From the NCBI RefSeq assembly GCF_001194135.2, contig NC_068984.1, positions 70,017,333 through 70,081,332 on the forward strand: a DNA stretch of 64,000 nucleotides, written 5' to 3'. Both the position numbers and the translations under genes were made by a program. The notes beneath the pieces are model-generated. The model saw only the letters and a program-made list of their open reading frames with translations. It did not search any database and was not told the origin of the DNA. This document shows, piece after piece, positions 25,361-39,127 of this stretch. How positions within the stretch are numbered: the stretch's first letter is position 1; every line of letters starts with the position of its first letter. Source of the stretch: Octopus bimaculoides. Lineage: Eukaryota.

Positions 25361-27653
25361 ACTGCTTAACATTAGGTTTTACTGAGGATTAAGTGTCTTG
25401 GCTATAGACACAGCAAAATAGGGTATGAAAACCACTCAATGATCTTTGCGTGCTCAACACTGTTGTATTACTATCACACCTGCTAATTATACCTCTGGAT
25501 TTTTTTTCTTTTTTGTTATATCAACAAAAAATCAATACTATTGATAAATTTAATTTACAAAACAGTTTTCGATCTCATATTCAAACCTCTCCCCACCCTC
25601 ATCAACAGCATTTTGAAGAATCTGAAATATATATTTTATAAATAGATTGTTTGCAATTCAAAAAAACAGTAGTGTTTCAGCCATTAGTAAAATGCCATTT
25701 TGGTATTACTAATCAAGTTCTCCCTGTACTTTTCTTCATGTATATGTATGCATGTATGTGTGTGCATGTATGTGTGTGCATGCAAGTGTGAGTATGTGTA
25801 AGTGTGTATGAGTACGTTTGTGTGTGAGGATGTTTATAACCTCATGTTTGCATGTATGCACATGTGTGTAAATGTGTATGTGTGTAGTTTTAGACCAAAT
25901 GGTTGCATCTTAAGAAAACAAGCTAAAATTGTATTTTATGAAACAACACATTTGGAATTACATTTTGGAAGTTCTGGTTGAAGTATTGATTCTATTAGTA
26001 GCTTCAAGAAATGTTAGTCTGTAATTATGTACTCCAGATAACTGCCAAAAGAAACATTGTGAAGAACCACCACAATGAAGATTGAAACTCTCCTGATGTA
26101 TTTGACAGTGCCAGGATTTTATTAGTGCTCAATTCAATGTTAAAAGGTCCAACCTACTAAAGTAGTACTTAACTTAATTGCTGGTTACCTCTTATCAAAT
26201 GAAGAATTAAGCTTAGCAATTAAAGTATTTTTCAGTAAGTTTCTCTCTTGTATGATTTGTTCAGATGATACCATGTTGTTATACGTCCAATCTTATTATA
26301 TGAACGAGAGTAAGACCAGTAATTAGAAGTCCTAATCTGAATTATTTTGAACATGTGCCCATAACCTCTGGTTTCTAGATAAACAAAAACAGGTGAAGAA
26401 AATGAAAAATAAACAAAAATGTAATTTTGTTTTCTAAATCCAAATATAGTAATTGTTAATTACTGTGACACCAACAGTTATGAAATATGAGAAATCTTAT
26501 CGAATATAACCCTAAATGAAATTAGATAATTTTATCAATTTGTAGTGCATTTAATCAATATTGAGACTGAACTTTATATTTTAATGACCCAGTACAGTTT
26601 TTCTAGCCACACTGCAAATTGCTGGTTGGTTTCAGTAATATTTACTAATTTCGTTGTTTCCAACTTAATCATAGTATCAAAACTCTTCATATTTCATTTC
26701 AAATATAGAATAGACACTTAAGTAATATAAATGCATTCATAATCAGCATACACTGGTCATCTTATTAGATATAATTTGGCATCTCTATTTCCGACAAGTA
26801 AACCAACAGAATATAGAATTAATTAAAACATGGTCATTAACAAAGTCCAAGATAATTGAGATATGTCTAGTGATTCTGATAGTAAATAACAGAATTTCAT
26901 AAATATTTTAACATTATATGTTCATGTATGAATGCTTTCCATACATCTGAAATTTATATTACAAGATACATGGCTGTGTTTTAAATCATTAATAACATAC
27001 ATAATGCATATGAATGTGTTTGTAAGAGTATTTTACATTCTTTATAATACTTTATTCACATTTTTTTTCTATTCTGTTATCCTGGAAGACTTTTTACTGC
27101 TAAGTATTTTTGGTTTGTAAAAATGCAGACCTAAGCTAGACATTGATTTAAAACAAAAGAGTATTGTTAGATATTAACAGAGATAAATAAATTAATGGCT
27201 ATAATGTGTGTGTTTATGTATGTATGTATGTCTTCATGTCTGACTAATAAGTTCCACGATGACTATAATAAAATTTAGAAAATTTATTTTAGATTTCCAA
27301 CATTGTGTGTTTTTGCTTTCTCACTCCATACGATGTAATTTTAATATTTTAGATCTATATTCTTATACAAACAGTGTCAAGAATTTCTATATAAACACTA
27401 CCTACATGGAATCAAGTATTTGAAGAAATTTGTGGAATAAACTAACTTCTCATTTATCAAAGCAGTGTTTAGAAATACTTACATAAAGGTATGGAAGAAT
27501 ATATTATTTTAAATATGAACAGTTCAAACTGGATGGGTTTATTTATATCATCTTGATATTTAAATTGCTATTAGTTGCATGTTTATTAAAAGTCTAATGT
27601 GGTTGGTATGAAAAGCATTGACAACCAAAGTTCTATCTTTTTCTATGCTAGCG

Positions 27654-28020
27654 ATGGACAGGAATTTGCAACAAAGAGCCAATGTGAAATATTTCGTTAA
27701 ACTTGTCAAGTTTATTACAAAGACATTGAGCATGCTTCGGCAAGCTTACAGTGACAAAACAATGGGTCATATAAAATGTTTTGAGTGGCACAGGTGCATC
27801 AAAAGCATAAGAACGTCCATGGAAGACTGGCTGCAAGTTTCACCGCCAGAGATTTCATCAGCTTGTGCTTAAGGATCATCGGAGAACAATCAACAACATT
27901 GTACATGTTGCTGGTCTGTCGTATGGGTCGGCGCAGGCAATACTAACGTCAGTGAAGAATTTGTTTCTTCATGATAACAATGTACCCTGTTAGCAAGCTC
28001 TCTTCCCTCATGAGTTTCTT
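27654..28020 (+). mobile_element. Internally deleted mariner transposase relic (second subfamily)
   Basis: MDRNLQQRANVKYFVKL...TLSMLRQAYSDKTMGHIKCFEWHR (mariner N-terminal HTH) fused to FLHDN...HEFLDKNNI (catalytic region); possible left TIR near 27235-27262. Confidence 0.75.
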
Positions 28021-28029
28021 GACAAAAAC

Positions 28030-28258
28030 AACATTTCTCTTGAGGTATGGTACAGTCTTTTGTCGTGGTACTGCTTGTATTATGTGCTGAGTGTGTAATG
28101 CATTGGTTCTCTAGCTTGCTGGCGGAAGTTTATTTTGCTGGGTTAATGTTGTATAGAGTGTAATGTATTTGTGGGTTGTTTTGTTTAGGTTGTATTATTG
28201 GATTGATAATGTCTTCCATAGGATGTGGTCAGTTTCTAGAAGGGCTATTTTTTGGACA
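28030..28258 (-). mobile_element. R4/Dong-clade LINE extreme 3' end (different 3' UTR from 7552-8150)
   Basis: Minus-strand QKIALLETDHILWKTLSIQ* resembles the R4/Dong terminal QKxALLGTAHILRKxL motif. Confidence 0.6.
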
Positions 28259-28259
28259 T

Positions 28260-28585
28260 CATCCTCATCATCGTTTAACGTCCGTTTTCTCTACTGACAT
28301 GGGTTAGATGGTTTGACTGAGGTCTGGAAAGCCAGCAGCTGCACCAGGCTCCAGTCTGATCTGGCAATATTTCTACAGCTGCATGCCCTTCCTAATGCTA
28401 ACCACTCTGAGAGTGAAGTGGGTGCTTTTCACGTACCACTGGTACAGGAGCCAGTCAGGTGGCCCTCACATTGATCACATTCAAATAGTGCCTTTTAAAT
28501 GTCACTAGCATGGGAGCCAGTCAGGGGGCACTGGCATCAACAATGTTCAGATGGTGCTTTTTACGTGCCACTGGCATGGGAGCCA
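28260..28585 (-). mobile_element. RTE 3'-UTR-derived element
   Basis: catcatcgtttaacgtccg...gcatgcccttcctaatgc...ttttacgtgccactggca, as at 21765. Confidence 0.8.
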
Positions 28586-28824
28586 ATATATATCTATATA
28601 TACATACATATATATATATATATATANNNNNNNNNNNNNNNNNNNNNNNNNNNNNNNNNNNNNNNNNNNNNNNNNNNNNNNNNNNNNNNNNNNNNNNNNN
28701 NNNNNNNNNNNNNNNNNNNNNNNNNNNNNNNNNNNNNNNNNNNNNNNNNNNNNNNNNNNNNNNNNNNNNNNNNNNNNNNNNNNNNNNNNNNNNNNNNNNN
28801 NNNNNNNNNNNNNNNNNNNNNNNN

Positions 28825-29050
28825 TGTGTGTGTGTGTGTGTATTTGTGTGTCGGTATTTGTCCCCCATCATTGCTTGACAACCAATGTTGGTGTGTTTAC
28901 ATCCCCTTAACTTCGCAGCTCAGCAAAAGAGAACGATGGAATAAGTACTAGGCTTACAAAGAATAAGTTCTGGATTGATTTGTTTGACTAAAAGCGGTGC
29001 TCCAGCATGGCTGCAGTTAAATGACTGAAACAAGTAAAAGAAATAAAAGA
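28825..29050 (+). mobile_element. SINE family A 3' half next to an N-gap
   Basis: (TG)n tgtcccccatcattgcttgacaaccaatgttggtg...gtgctccagcatggctgcag...aaacaagtaaaag. Confidence 0.8.
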
Positions 29051-29620
29051 ATATATATACATACATATATATATGTGTGTGCTTGTGTGTGTGTGTGTGT
29101 GTGTGCTTGTGTGTGTGTGTGTATGTGAATATATATTCATACATGTATATGTGTGTGTGTGTGTGCTTCATTTTGTGTTTTTCTCCATTCTTACAATTTG
29201 CCTTAAACTACTGTTCTGTCAGAAAACTGTATATATTTTTCCTATTACCAATCTCATCTAATTTTATATATTTATTTTTTTATTCCCTTGTTCATTTCAC
29301 ACATTCTCTTATCTATACACTGCCTGCTACCATATTGTTAATATCACCAGATTGAGTAATATTGTCAGAAGATGTTGAAATTGCGATGATAACTGGTCAA
29401 CAACTGACAAGTGGTTTGAGTGTTTTTCCATTTGTTTCTCCTGTGTTTTTATGTTTCCTTATAAATTACTTTTGTCACACTCTCAGTAACATCTATCATT
29501 ATATCTATATCTGTGTGTGTGTACATGTGTGCGTGTGTAGTTGCATATATATATATATATATAATACAAATAATATGTGAGTATATACATATACACGTAC
29601 ATGTATATATATGTGTATAG

Positions 29621-29663
<43 letters not shown>

Positions 29664-30088
29664 CATATGCATATATATACACACACACATATATATATAC
29701 ATACATATATATACTTATATATAATTCCAAGAAAGTTAGAGGTTGTGAATCCAACCAACTAAAGGATAATATCTATCCAATATACTGCTGGTAGAATACC
29801 CAATTATTAATACACAAGTGTTTTTTCATTGTATGACAATTACATTACCGAGTGTAATAAATGGATGAGGGTAAAGAGTTATTTTACCATTAATTTATAG
29901 AGCAATAAGAAAATGGAGAGGATCAATAGGTGGTATTCATCAACTTTTAGACATTTTATTATGTCAATTTATTTATTTACTAAAAGGACAATTAAAACAA
30001 TATACATACATGTATAACATATTTTGCTTTACATATATAATATATAAAATATAAAAATATCAGTAATTATTAAAATATATAACATTGA

Positions 30089-30238
30089 GCAATAGAAATG
30101 GGATAATACCTTACAGCTGTTTCAGCCAAGAGGCAATAATACCTCATTCAAATTTTATCCCTCCAATGGACTGAAGTAATGAGTAATTATTGCCTCTTGG
30201 CTGAAAGAGCTGTAAAATATAATCCCCATTTCTATTGC
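30089..30238. repeat. Small foldback (60-bp inverted arms) carrying the GAAACAGCTGTA motif
   Basis: Arms 30089-30148 and 30178-30238 are near reverse complements. Confidence 0.85.
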
Positions 30239-30246
30239 ACTATATG

Positions 30247-30333
<87 letters not shown>

Positions 30334-30959
30334 ATATATATAAGTATATATATGTATGCATATATATGTATGTATGTATGCATTCTCCAGGATGACATTT
30401 TCTAAGATGGTGGGCTACGATTTGAAGGAGATTTGGCTGCTAATCTGGCAGGTCAAATGACCATGTACAGCACTCTCATTTTCTCATATACATTGGTAGG
30501 TTTATGATTTAGATTGGAGCATGGTCTCAGGAAAGTTGATTGCTAAATATGTTAATCAGATAAAATCTGATGTCAGAAGACAAAAGTATTCATTTCTTTG
30601 TCTTTTATTAATACCTTTAAAACTGAACGCTTAATTTTAATTATTACTTTAATTATTACATAATTATCAATTTCAATAATTATTTTGAGTGGCATTAAAT
30701 TAGTGAAGTTGTTAAAATGCTGGATTAAATAAAATATCATTCAGTTATTTGTTCCAGCTCTTTGTGTTTTAAATTCATGTTGTGTCCTCATCCTACAGTC
30801 AACTAAAGCAATGGACCCTATAGTTCAGAAAATGTTCATGACATTGGCTTAAGTCATTGAAGTTTCACACTAGAAATTTATAAATCCAATCTATGATCGA
30901 TAACAACATATCAGAAAATGCAGTATAGTCTTTTTGTTGTCAACATTTTCAGGAAAATC

Positions 30960-31400
30960 AAGGCAGTGAGCTGGCAGAATTCTTAGTATGCTTGACAAAA
31001 TGCTTAGCAGTAATTTATCTGTCCGCACATTCTAAGTTCAAATCCCACCAGTGTCGATTTTGTGTTTCATCCTTTTGGTGGGGTCGATGAAAGAAGTACC
31101 AGCTGAGTATTGGAGGTTGTTGTAATTGATTTACTCCCTATTCTGAAATTGCTGGCCTTGTGCCAAATTTTGAAATCAATATTTTCCAGATAATCAAGGC
31201 AGTGAACTGGCAGAAGAATCCTTAGCACTCTGGGCAAAATGCCTAGCGACATTTCATCCATCTGTACATTCTTACTTCAAATTCCACTGGAGTTTGATTT
31301 GCCTTTCATCATTTCAGGGTCGATAAAATAAGAACCAGTTGAATACTGAGATCAATGTAATCAACACAGCCTCTCCCCCCAAAATACTGGTTTTATAGCC
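30960..31400 (+). mobile_element. Two tandem SINE family B copies (30960-31180, 31196-31400)
   Basis: Each begins aaggcagtga[g/a]ctggcagaa and carries ttcatc...ggtcgat.aaa.aag.accag. Confidence 0.85.
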
Positions 31401-33149
31401 GGTTTTGGTTACTGTTTGTGTAACAGTACTTTTATATGTTTCCTATTTGGAATTAGATAATAAATATATTTTACTTTCGAAATAGGAATATATATTGATA
31501 AACCCGTCACTTATAACTTACTTATAAGTGTTATCATTATGCATAAATCCTGACCACAGCTACATAAAGACCATAGCGAGAAATATATACTCAGAAACGC
31601 TAACAGACATTTTATGTGTGCATGTCTTGTGAAGATAATTGAATTCGTGTTCTTTTAACTGGCTATAAAAAATACACAGTTTCATAATTGCAGAAATAAA
31701 TTTCACTAACAAGTTGAAGAATGTGAAGAAAGAGAAAATAATTACTACATTTTTTTTATTTATAGTACAATTGGATAGTAAAGTCATTTTGTCGTAGAGA
31801 ATTATGACTTAAAATTCACACTAGCTAATCCTTCATACTCGCTACTAGAGTTGACAACAATTCAAATAAGTCTTGTTGGATTTTTATCATAGATATGGAA
31901 TAAAAAATAGCCAATATCTCAATGAGTGAGTGTCGTGGAGTTTAGTAACATCTAATGATCACTATTGTGAGTGTTGTGGAGTTTAGTAACAATCCTACGA
32001 ACACTGAGTAATTTCCCCAAAATCAAGGTTTTTATAACTGCTCATATCTGAATTCTAAGAACCATATTTGATGAAAGTTTAGAATTTCTATATGGGCAGT
32101 AATTTTAACCAATGGGATTACCAACAATTATGCTTGTTCAGGCAAATGACCATTACGTCATATTACCACCTTTTATGACTTGCTGCACAGGCTTTGTGCC
32201 AAAATTTGAAACTAATATTTTCCAGGTAATTCAAAATCAGCAATAGTGAGGCATTCAGTAAGGAATGTTTTCTTGATTGGAAGCATTATGAGAATAGAAG
32301 TATGCTTTGACATTACACATATGGTCAGGATTTTATAATTACAACAGCTTCTGCATAGAGGAATTATCAAAATATTTTGAAAGGAAAACCTCTCTGCTAT
32401 TCTGTGATCAACAACTAACATTACTCATGGCCAGCAAGTTGGTAAAAACAGTCACTATTTATCTGATTTTGTATCTGATTTATGATTAACAGTGATACAG
32501 AAGAATTCCCAAAGAATACATGAACATGACAAGTAAATGGATGGTAACATGTAAGAAATATTGTACCTAATATCAAAGAATGAAATTATTATCAGAAAGA
32601 AAAAAATAATAATAGAGAGGATTCAAATTGCAAAAACATTTATGTCACAATATTCAGAACAAGATTTTCTATCTTTTTTCATGGCATTAATAATAAAAAA
32701 TGAATGAGTTCAAAGAGTGTTTAACTCAGGCACTTTTAGATTAATTGTACATGAAACAAAGACATTCTGTACACTAAACAGCTCTCACTTCATCTGTACT
32801 GTCTTTTTGACAAGAAATTATTGGTTATAGCATTTGAACTACTTGCTAAAATGCTTCTGCAGCACATATTGCCAATATGGAACTGTATTAGTGTTAATTC
32901 TTAGTTATATGTCACTCAAAGCTCTGTGGATACCTCATTCATAAGTAGAAAAATCACTGTTTTTTAAGAAAAGCTGCATTCTGTTCCATTTATCCTCTAT
33001 GCCCACAGCCACATTCACTAAATGGACCAAGTTGAGGTCAGATAAATAAGAATTGTAAAAGCTGTGAGAGAATAAGTCACAATACTTTTGCAATTCCGTT
33101 TGATTATGGTTTTGTTCAATTTACATCAGCATCTCATATAGTCGCAGGA

Positions 33150-33812
33150 ACAAAACGGTGTCTTGAAGCCACTGGAACTGAACGGTTTCTCCAACACTAG
33201 TTAGAGCTGTCAGCATGCTTCATGTTATGCTGCGAGTTGTTTAGTTCCATTCATATTACACATGACACATTTGAGAGTAAATGCTTTTATTAATTTTCTC
33301 TGCAAACGTTTGTATTTATCTCATCCTTATTGAACAAATTCTGCTATGAATCAAGCCTCTGGCAATAGTGCTGTCTCTGCTAATTACTCTTTACTGGTTA
33401 TAAAGGCAGCAAGTGAATTGATATCTAGTTATGTTGGGGATTACTACGTCAACTGCTGAATGTCAGAGTCGTATGACATGTGATCATACAAGCAAGAAGC
33501 AAGGGTGACCAGTAAGTTTGGAGAAAGAAAGCCAAAACAGTGACACAAACTGTTACATTTGGTGGATCTGATGGTCTGAGAGGTTGTAGGAAGCTGGTTG
33601 ACAACAAATAGAGATCCTCCTACCAATTTTTGTCATAAGGCCTTCATTCCTGTTTTGGATTCAATTTGTTCAGAGCTTTTTCAATACCACTTTCTGCAGA
33701 TAAATGGAATACCACACAGTGACTTTCCATCTTGGTTTTCAAAGTGACTGGCTTCTCAAACATTGATAGCCTTAAACTTATGGCAGAGACATATTGACTG
33801 AACTTTGATGAT
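33150..33812 (+). mobile_element. Possible very old hAT-transposase relic
   Basis: Fragments EQILL*IKPL, KAASELISS and NFCHKAFIPVLDSICSEL resemble hAT C-terminal-half motifs; stops and frameshifts throughout. Confidence 0.3.
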
Positions 33813-33814
33813 CT

Positions 33815-34050
33815 GCAGGCAGAGTGCTACAGAATTGTTAGCATGCTAGGAAAAATGCTTTGTGGCATTTTATCTGTCCTTATATTCTGAGTTCAAATTT
33901 CACTGAGGTGAGCTTTGCCTTTCATCCTTTGAGGGTCGATAAATTAAGTACTAGTTGCATAGTGGGGTCAACTTAATCAACTGGCCCCTCCTCCAAAATT
34001 TCAGGCCTTGTGCCTTTAGTTGAAAAGGTCATTAGAAATCTTTATTTAAA
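33815..34050 (+). mobile_element. SINE family B
   Basis: ctgagttcaaattt...ctttgcctttcatcctttgagggtcgataaattaagtactag. Confidence 0.8.
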
Positions 34051-34432
34051 GGAAGTGGGGCACACAATACCATCCATGCATCTAATTTTATATTTATTCA
34101 TCATGATATTAACCAGTGGAGTTGTAAAATTTATTGCAGAAAAAATATTTAGTTTAATATTAATGAATATTTCAAATGAAAACAATAGGAAAATTTTATC
34201 TTAGAATGTAATGTCAATATTTGAATGCAGTTAGTAATGTCTGAAAGTGCTGCTAATTAATTGGGAGTGCTATATATTTCTACTGAAATTCATTTTTCAT
34301 ATATATGAATTTTCTTTGTGTATAACAAATAGCTCACACAACTTATGCCAAAACTTCTAGCTGTATATTTCGAAAATGAATGAAAAAGACACCATTTTAA
34401 TTTTGAGTTTTACGCTAATGATAACAAATTTG

Positions 34433-34578
34433 AGGCAATGCTGTGTGAGAACAAGCTTGCTTTCTAACCACATGGTTATGTGTTCAGTTCCACTGCATGG
34501 CACCATTGTTAAGTGTTTTATACTCTAGCCACCGGCCGACCAAGCCTTGTTAGTGGATATGGTAGATGGAAACTCATC

Positions 34579-34610
<32 letters not shown>

Positions 34611-35112
34611 NNNNNNNNNNNNNNNNNNNNNNNNNNNNNNNNNNNNNNNNNNNNNNNNNNNNNNNNNNNNNNNNNNNNNNNNNNNNNNNNNNNNNNNNNN
34701 NNNNNNNNNNNNNNNNNNNNNNNNNNNNNNNNNNNNNNNNNNNNNNNNNNNNNNNNNNNNNNNNNNNNNNNNNNNNNNNNNNNNNNNNNNNNNNNNNNNN
34801 NNNNNNNNNNNNNNNNNNNNNNNNNNNNNNNNNNNNNNNNNNNNNNNNNNNNNNNNNNNNNNNNNNNNNNNNNNNNNNNNNNNNNNNNNNNNNNNNNNNN
34901 NNNNNNNNNNNNNNNNNNNNNNNNNNNNNNNNNNNNNNNNNNNNNNNNNNNNNNNNNNNNNNNNNNNNNNNNNNNNNNNNNNNNNNNNNNNNNNNNNNNN
35001 NNNNNNNNNNNNNNNNNNNNNNNNNNNNNNNNNNNNNNNNNNNNNNNNNNNNNNNNNNNNNNNNNNNNNNNNNNNNNNNNNNNNNNNNNNNNNNNNNNNN
35101 NNNNNNNNNNNN

Positions 35113-35162
<50 letters not shown>

Positions 35163-35392
35163 TGTGTGTGTGTGCGTGTGCATCTTTCTGTCTGTGTTTG
35201 TCCCACGACCACTTGACAACCGGTGTTAGTGTGTTTGCACCTCTATAATTTAGTGGTTCAGCGAAAAAGACCGATAAAATAAGTGCTAGGCTTAAAAAGT
35301 AAGTACTAAGATCTATTCATTCGACTAAAAATTGAAGGTGGTGCCCCAGCATGGCCACAGTCTAATGAATGAAACAAGTAAAAAATAAAAGA
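34433..35392 (+). mobile_element. SINE family A split by (TA)n-gap-(TG)n
   Basis: Head 34433-34580, N-gap 34611-35112, 3' half 35113-35392. Confidence 0.8.
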
Positions 35393-36189
35393 TAACTCTA
35401 GCCTCTCTAATTTCTTAGATGCTACACATTTCAGCTATCAATCTAACAAATTCACTTGTATTTGGATGTTAGGGGGCGATGGCAGTGATACATGAAATGA
35501 CAGTGAAGATAAGGATTATGAAGGTACCTTGCCGAAGAATATCATGCTATCATTGAAATAGGATTTGATCACATGAATCATCAGTAAATAATTTTCATAA
35601 CTTTTCACCCCAGTTTTTTTAATTTTTAAAAAAGCATAAAAAGACAGTGTGTTCAGAAGAAAAATAAAACAGCAAGAAAGTCTATTAGAGTATTATCAGA
35701 AGTGAAAAAGTAAAAAGAAAAATCACATTGCAAAGTTGATAGTAGGATATAAAGAAATATAAAGATCACAGTGAAATTTTTTCAATAAATGTTCATCCCA
35801 AGAGTAAAAGCTAAACAGAGGGGAGCGGCTAACATGTGAGAAAATAGTAAAAACTCAGCACTTGTCTATAATATTTTATTAATTATTTTTTTTTATGTGT
35901 AAACAAACATTAAATGTTGTGTATTCTAATCTCACATATTAATCACTTTAATCAAATTGAAAAGTGTATTCAGTGCAAATAAACAATCATAATACAATCA
36001 TGAATTACATGCACATATATGTACACATACATACTTACATACACACACACACACACACACACACAGACATACATGCAGGCAGACATCCAAACATATGTGT
36101 GTGTGTGTATATACACACACAAATATCAATACACATATATTTACATACATATATATACACACTGCCTCACACACATACACACACATTTT

Positions 36190-36345
36190 TTTATCTCTTA
36201 TTATTTATTTTTTATTTGTTTTAGTCATTAGATTGCAGCCATGCTGGAGCACTGCCTCGAAAAGTTTTAGTTCAACGAATCAAAGCAAGTACCTTGTTTT
36301 TTAAACTGAGTACTTATTCTGTTGGTCCCTTCAGCCAAACCACCA
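36190..36345 (-). mobile_element. SINE family A 3' fragment
   Basis: ttagtcattagattgcagccatgctggagcactgcc is the reverse complement of the family A tail. Confidence 0.7.
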
Positions 36346-36347
36346 AG

Positions 36348-36528
36348 ATATGGCTGTGTGGTAAGTAGCTTGCTTACCAACCACATGATTCCGGGTTCAG
36401 TCTCACTGCGTGGCATCTTGGGCAAGTGTCTTCTACTATAGCCTTAGGCCGACCAAAGCCTTGTGGGTGGATTTGGTAGATGGAAACTGAAAGAAGCCCG
36501 TCGTATATATGTGTGTGTGTGTGCGCGC

Positions 36529-36563
<35 letters not shown>

Positions 36564-36736
36564 TCTGTGTTTGTTCCCCTAGCATTGCTTGACAACCGAT
36601 GTTGGTGTGTTTATGTACCCGTCGCTTAGCGGTTCGACAAAAAGAGACCGAATGAATAAGTACTTGGCTTACAAAGAATAAGTCCCAGGGTTGATTTGCT
36701 CGACTGAAGGTGGTGCTCCAGCATGGCTTCAGTCAA
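36348..36736 (+). mobile_element. SINE family A, near full length, internal (TG)n
   Basis: tggctgtgtggtaag (A-box), gggttcagtc (B-box-like), body and tail up to the N-gap. Confidence 0.85.
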
Positions 36737-36812
36737 NNNNNNNNNNNNNNNNNNNNNNNNNNNNNNNNNNNNNNNNNNNNNNNNNNNNNNNNNTATATAT
36801 ATATATATATAT

Positions 36813-36854
<42 letters not shown>

Positions 36855-37119
36855 TGTTTGCTAGCTCATCACAATTACTGTCAGTATGTATTTGGGGACA
36901 CTTCTCAATTAGATGTGTCTAAGGACAAAATCTTGCCCACATTTCATATTTGGTTTGGCTTCTACAATTGGATGCCTTTCCTAATACTAGTTATTTTACA
37001 GAGTGTACTCAGGACTTTTTTGTGTGATGCCAGCATTAAAGAAAAGACTAAGGGCTCTCACAACCTCTAAATCTACAGGGTACACTTTCCATGACACCAC
37101 CGCCATCACCACCTCTATC

Positions 37120-37400
37120 ATTATCATTATTTAATACCTGTTTCCCATACTGGCATGGGTTGGATGGTTTGGCTTAAGTGTGTTTTGACATAGTTTTTAC
37201 ACCTGGATACCATTCCTAGCCCCAACCACCCCACACATTGAACTGAGTGCTTTTTTATATGGCACCAACACAGGCAAGATTAGTTTTGGCATAGTTTTTT
37301 ACAGTTGGATGCCCTTCCAAATGCCAACGCATTTACAGTGTGGACTGGATGCTTTTCATGTGGCACCAGCACTGGCTGGGTCAGCAAATTATCTGCAAGA
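37120..37400 (-). mobile_element. RTE 3'-UTR-derived element(s)
   Basis: ggcatgggttggatgg...ggatgcccttccaaatgccaac motif, duplicated. Confidence 0.6.
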
Positions 37401-37523
37401 CAAAAATCCTTTGAGAGGAGATGGAGCATTGAAGGAGGTGATCTTGTGTCAGATGATGAAAGGTTAGAGTGTGACAGAGAGAGAGAAACAGGTGCCTTGC
37501 TGTAGAGGAGATACATGGTTACC

Positions 37524-37564
<41 letters not shown>

Positions 37565-38841
37565 CAAGAGAGAGCAGGAGAGAGATGGTGGCAAAGTACC
37601 AGGGCATACTCACAAGGAACAGGGATCAGAATATAAATCGGATGGCAGAATAGAGCAAAGGAGAGATAGATGGTGGCAAAGTGCCAAGGCATGTCCTCAA
37701 TGTACAAGGGTCAGAATATAAATGGAATGATATTGCCAAAGGTTAATGAGTAGGGAGTAGACACCACGTGAATGCAAAGAGTGTGGGGTGAGGAATGCAG
37801 TGACTAGTAAAACCTGAGTACACAGAGCAGGTGGATGACAACAAGATAGCCATGATACAGTGAGCAGGGCAGTGAGGACAGGATTGGATAGCAAGAGATA
37901 AGCATAAGAACAGTCTCAGCATTACTAAAGGAACCTCACAATGACGTAGCCTTGCTCACTCACTGTCTCTTTACAGAGTGTCAAGCCTGAGTAATATAAG
38001 CATGAATAATCATGATACTAGAGATGTGTGATAGAGAGGTGGAGTTTATTATAGTACTCAATATCCTGAAATAAACATAAATACTCAAGGCAGTGCACTA
38101 TGACTGAGATGGCAGGGAACTGACGAAGGTGGAGAAGACCACGGATATATAACAATGACAGTTGCCTAAGGGGTGTATAACAGAAGAATCAACACACTAC
38201 AAGCAGTCAAAGTGACAAAGGCTGATAACAGGCAGTGCAAGGCAGGAGGATGAAGGTAAAGTGAAGTGGGCACAAGCAGTCCAATATTGTCATAGATACA
38301 CAGGCTACCATATGGTAGTGAGCATTGAGTGTGGTAGCAGGAGGAATGGAAAGAAGGGTTAATGGATTATTGTTTTGTACCAATGAATGGCACAAAGTAC
38401 AGTGGTATCCTCATCTACACTGGTAGCTTTCTATAGGAAACAGAAAGGGATGACTGAGAGCAGCATTATATTTTTCTTATCAAAATATCCTAGGCCTGAA
38501 GAATAGCCTGGGTATTTACCACTTCTGCGATTCTGCTCGCTATGGATCATATGCAGTCCGAATCTTATCTAATCTATTCCATAACTCTTTCAATCTTATT
38601 TGCACACCCGACAACCCTGGTCGCTTACCATGAAATATAAAAATAACTGTTTACAGTTTATCATACTTCAATACCAAAAAATCCACTACCTTCCATCTCA
38701 ATAAACCACTATTGTCCATGAAATCTTTTTTTTATTTAATATGGATTGCTTGAAGCTAACTTCTTTCCTACACCTTGATCCTTGGATCTTACATAAATAT
38801 ATGGAAAGAGAGAGAGAAAGAGAGGTGTCTATATAAGTGTG

Positions 38842-38890
<49 letters not shown>

Positions 38891-38949
38891 GATGAATAGC
38901 TTGACTGAACAAAGGTTTGCAGTTGTCTTGTGCATAACTTATTTATAAT

Positions 38950-39127
38950 TTAACACTTTAGCATTCAAGCAAGCATAATGTTTATTTATTCACATTGTTT
39001 TACATAAATTATGCATTATCTCATAACTTTAAAATTTTCTGTCATGTGAGAAGCCAGATCTGGCTAGTTTGAATATAAAACTGGTAGAATATTTGGGCCT
39101 GATATGGTCAGTTTAAATACTAGGGGG
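38950..39127 (+). mobile_element. Short MITE-like element (piggyBac-like taaccctttagcatt ends)
   Basis: Ends taacactttagcatt / aatactagggggctta; interior shares ttatttattcacattgtttt with the reverse complement of 40706-40863. Confidence 0.5.

Noticed and set aside
37700-38400. Possible L2/CR1 LINE relics in purine-rich tracts (also 51270-51830)
   Set aside because: Only faint resemblance (TALLTV, PLGYIL); too degenerate to support a call.
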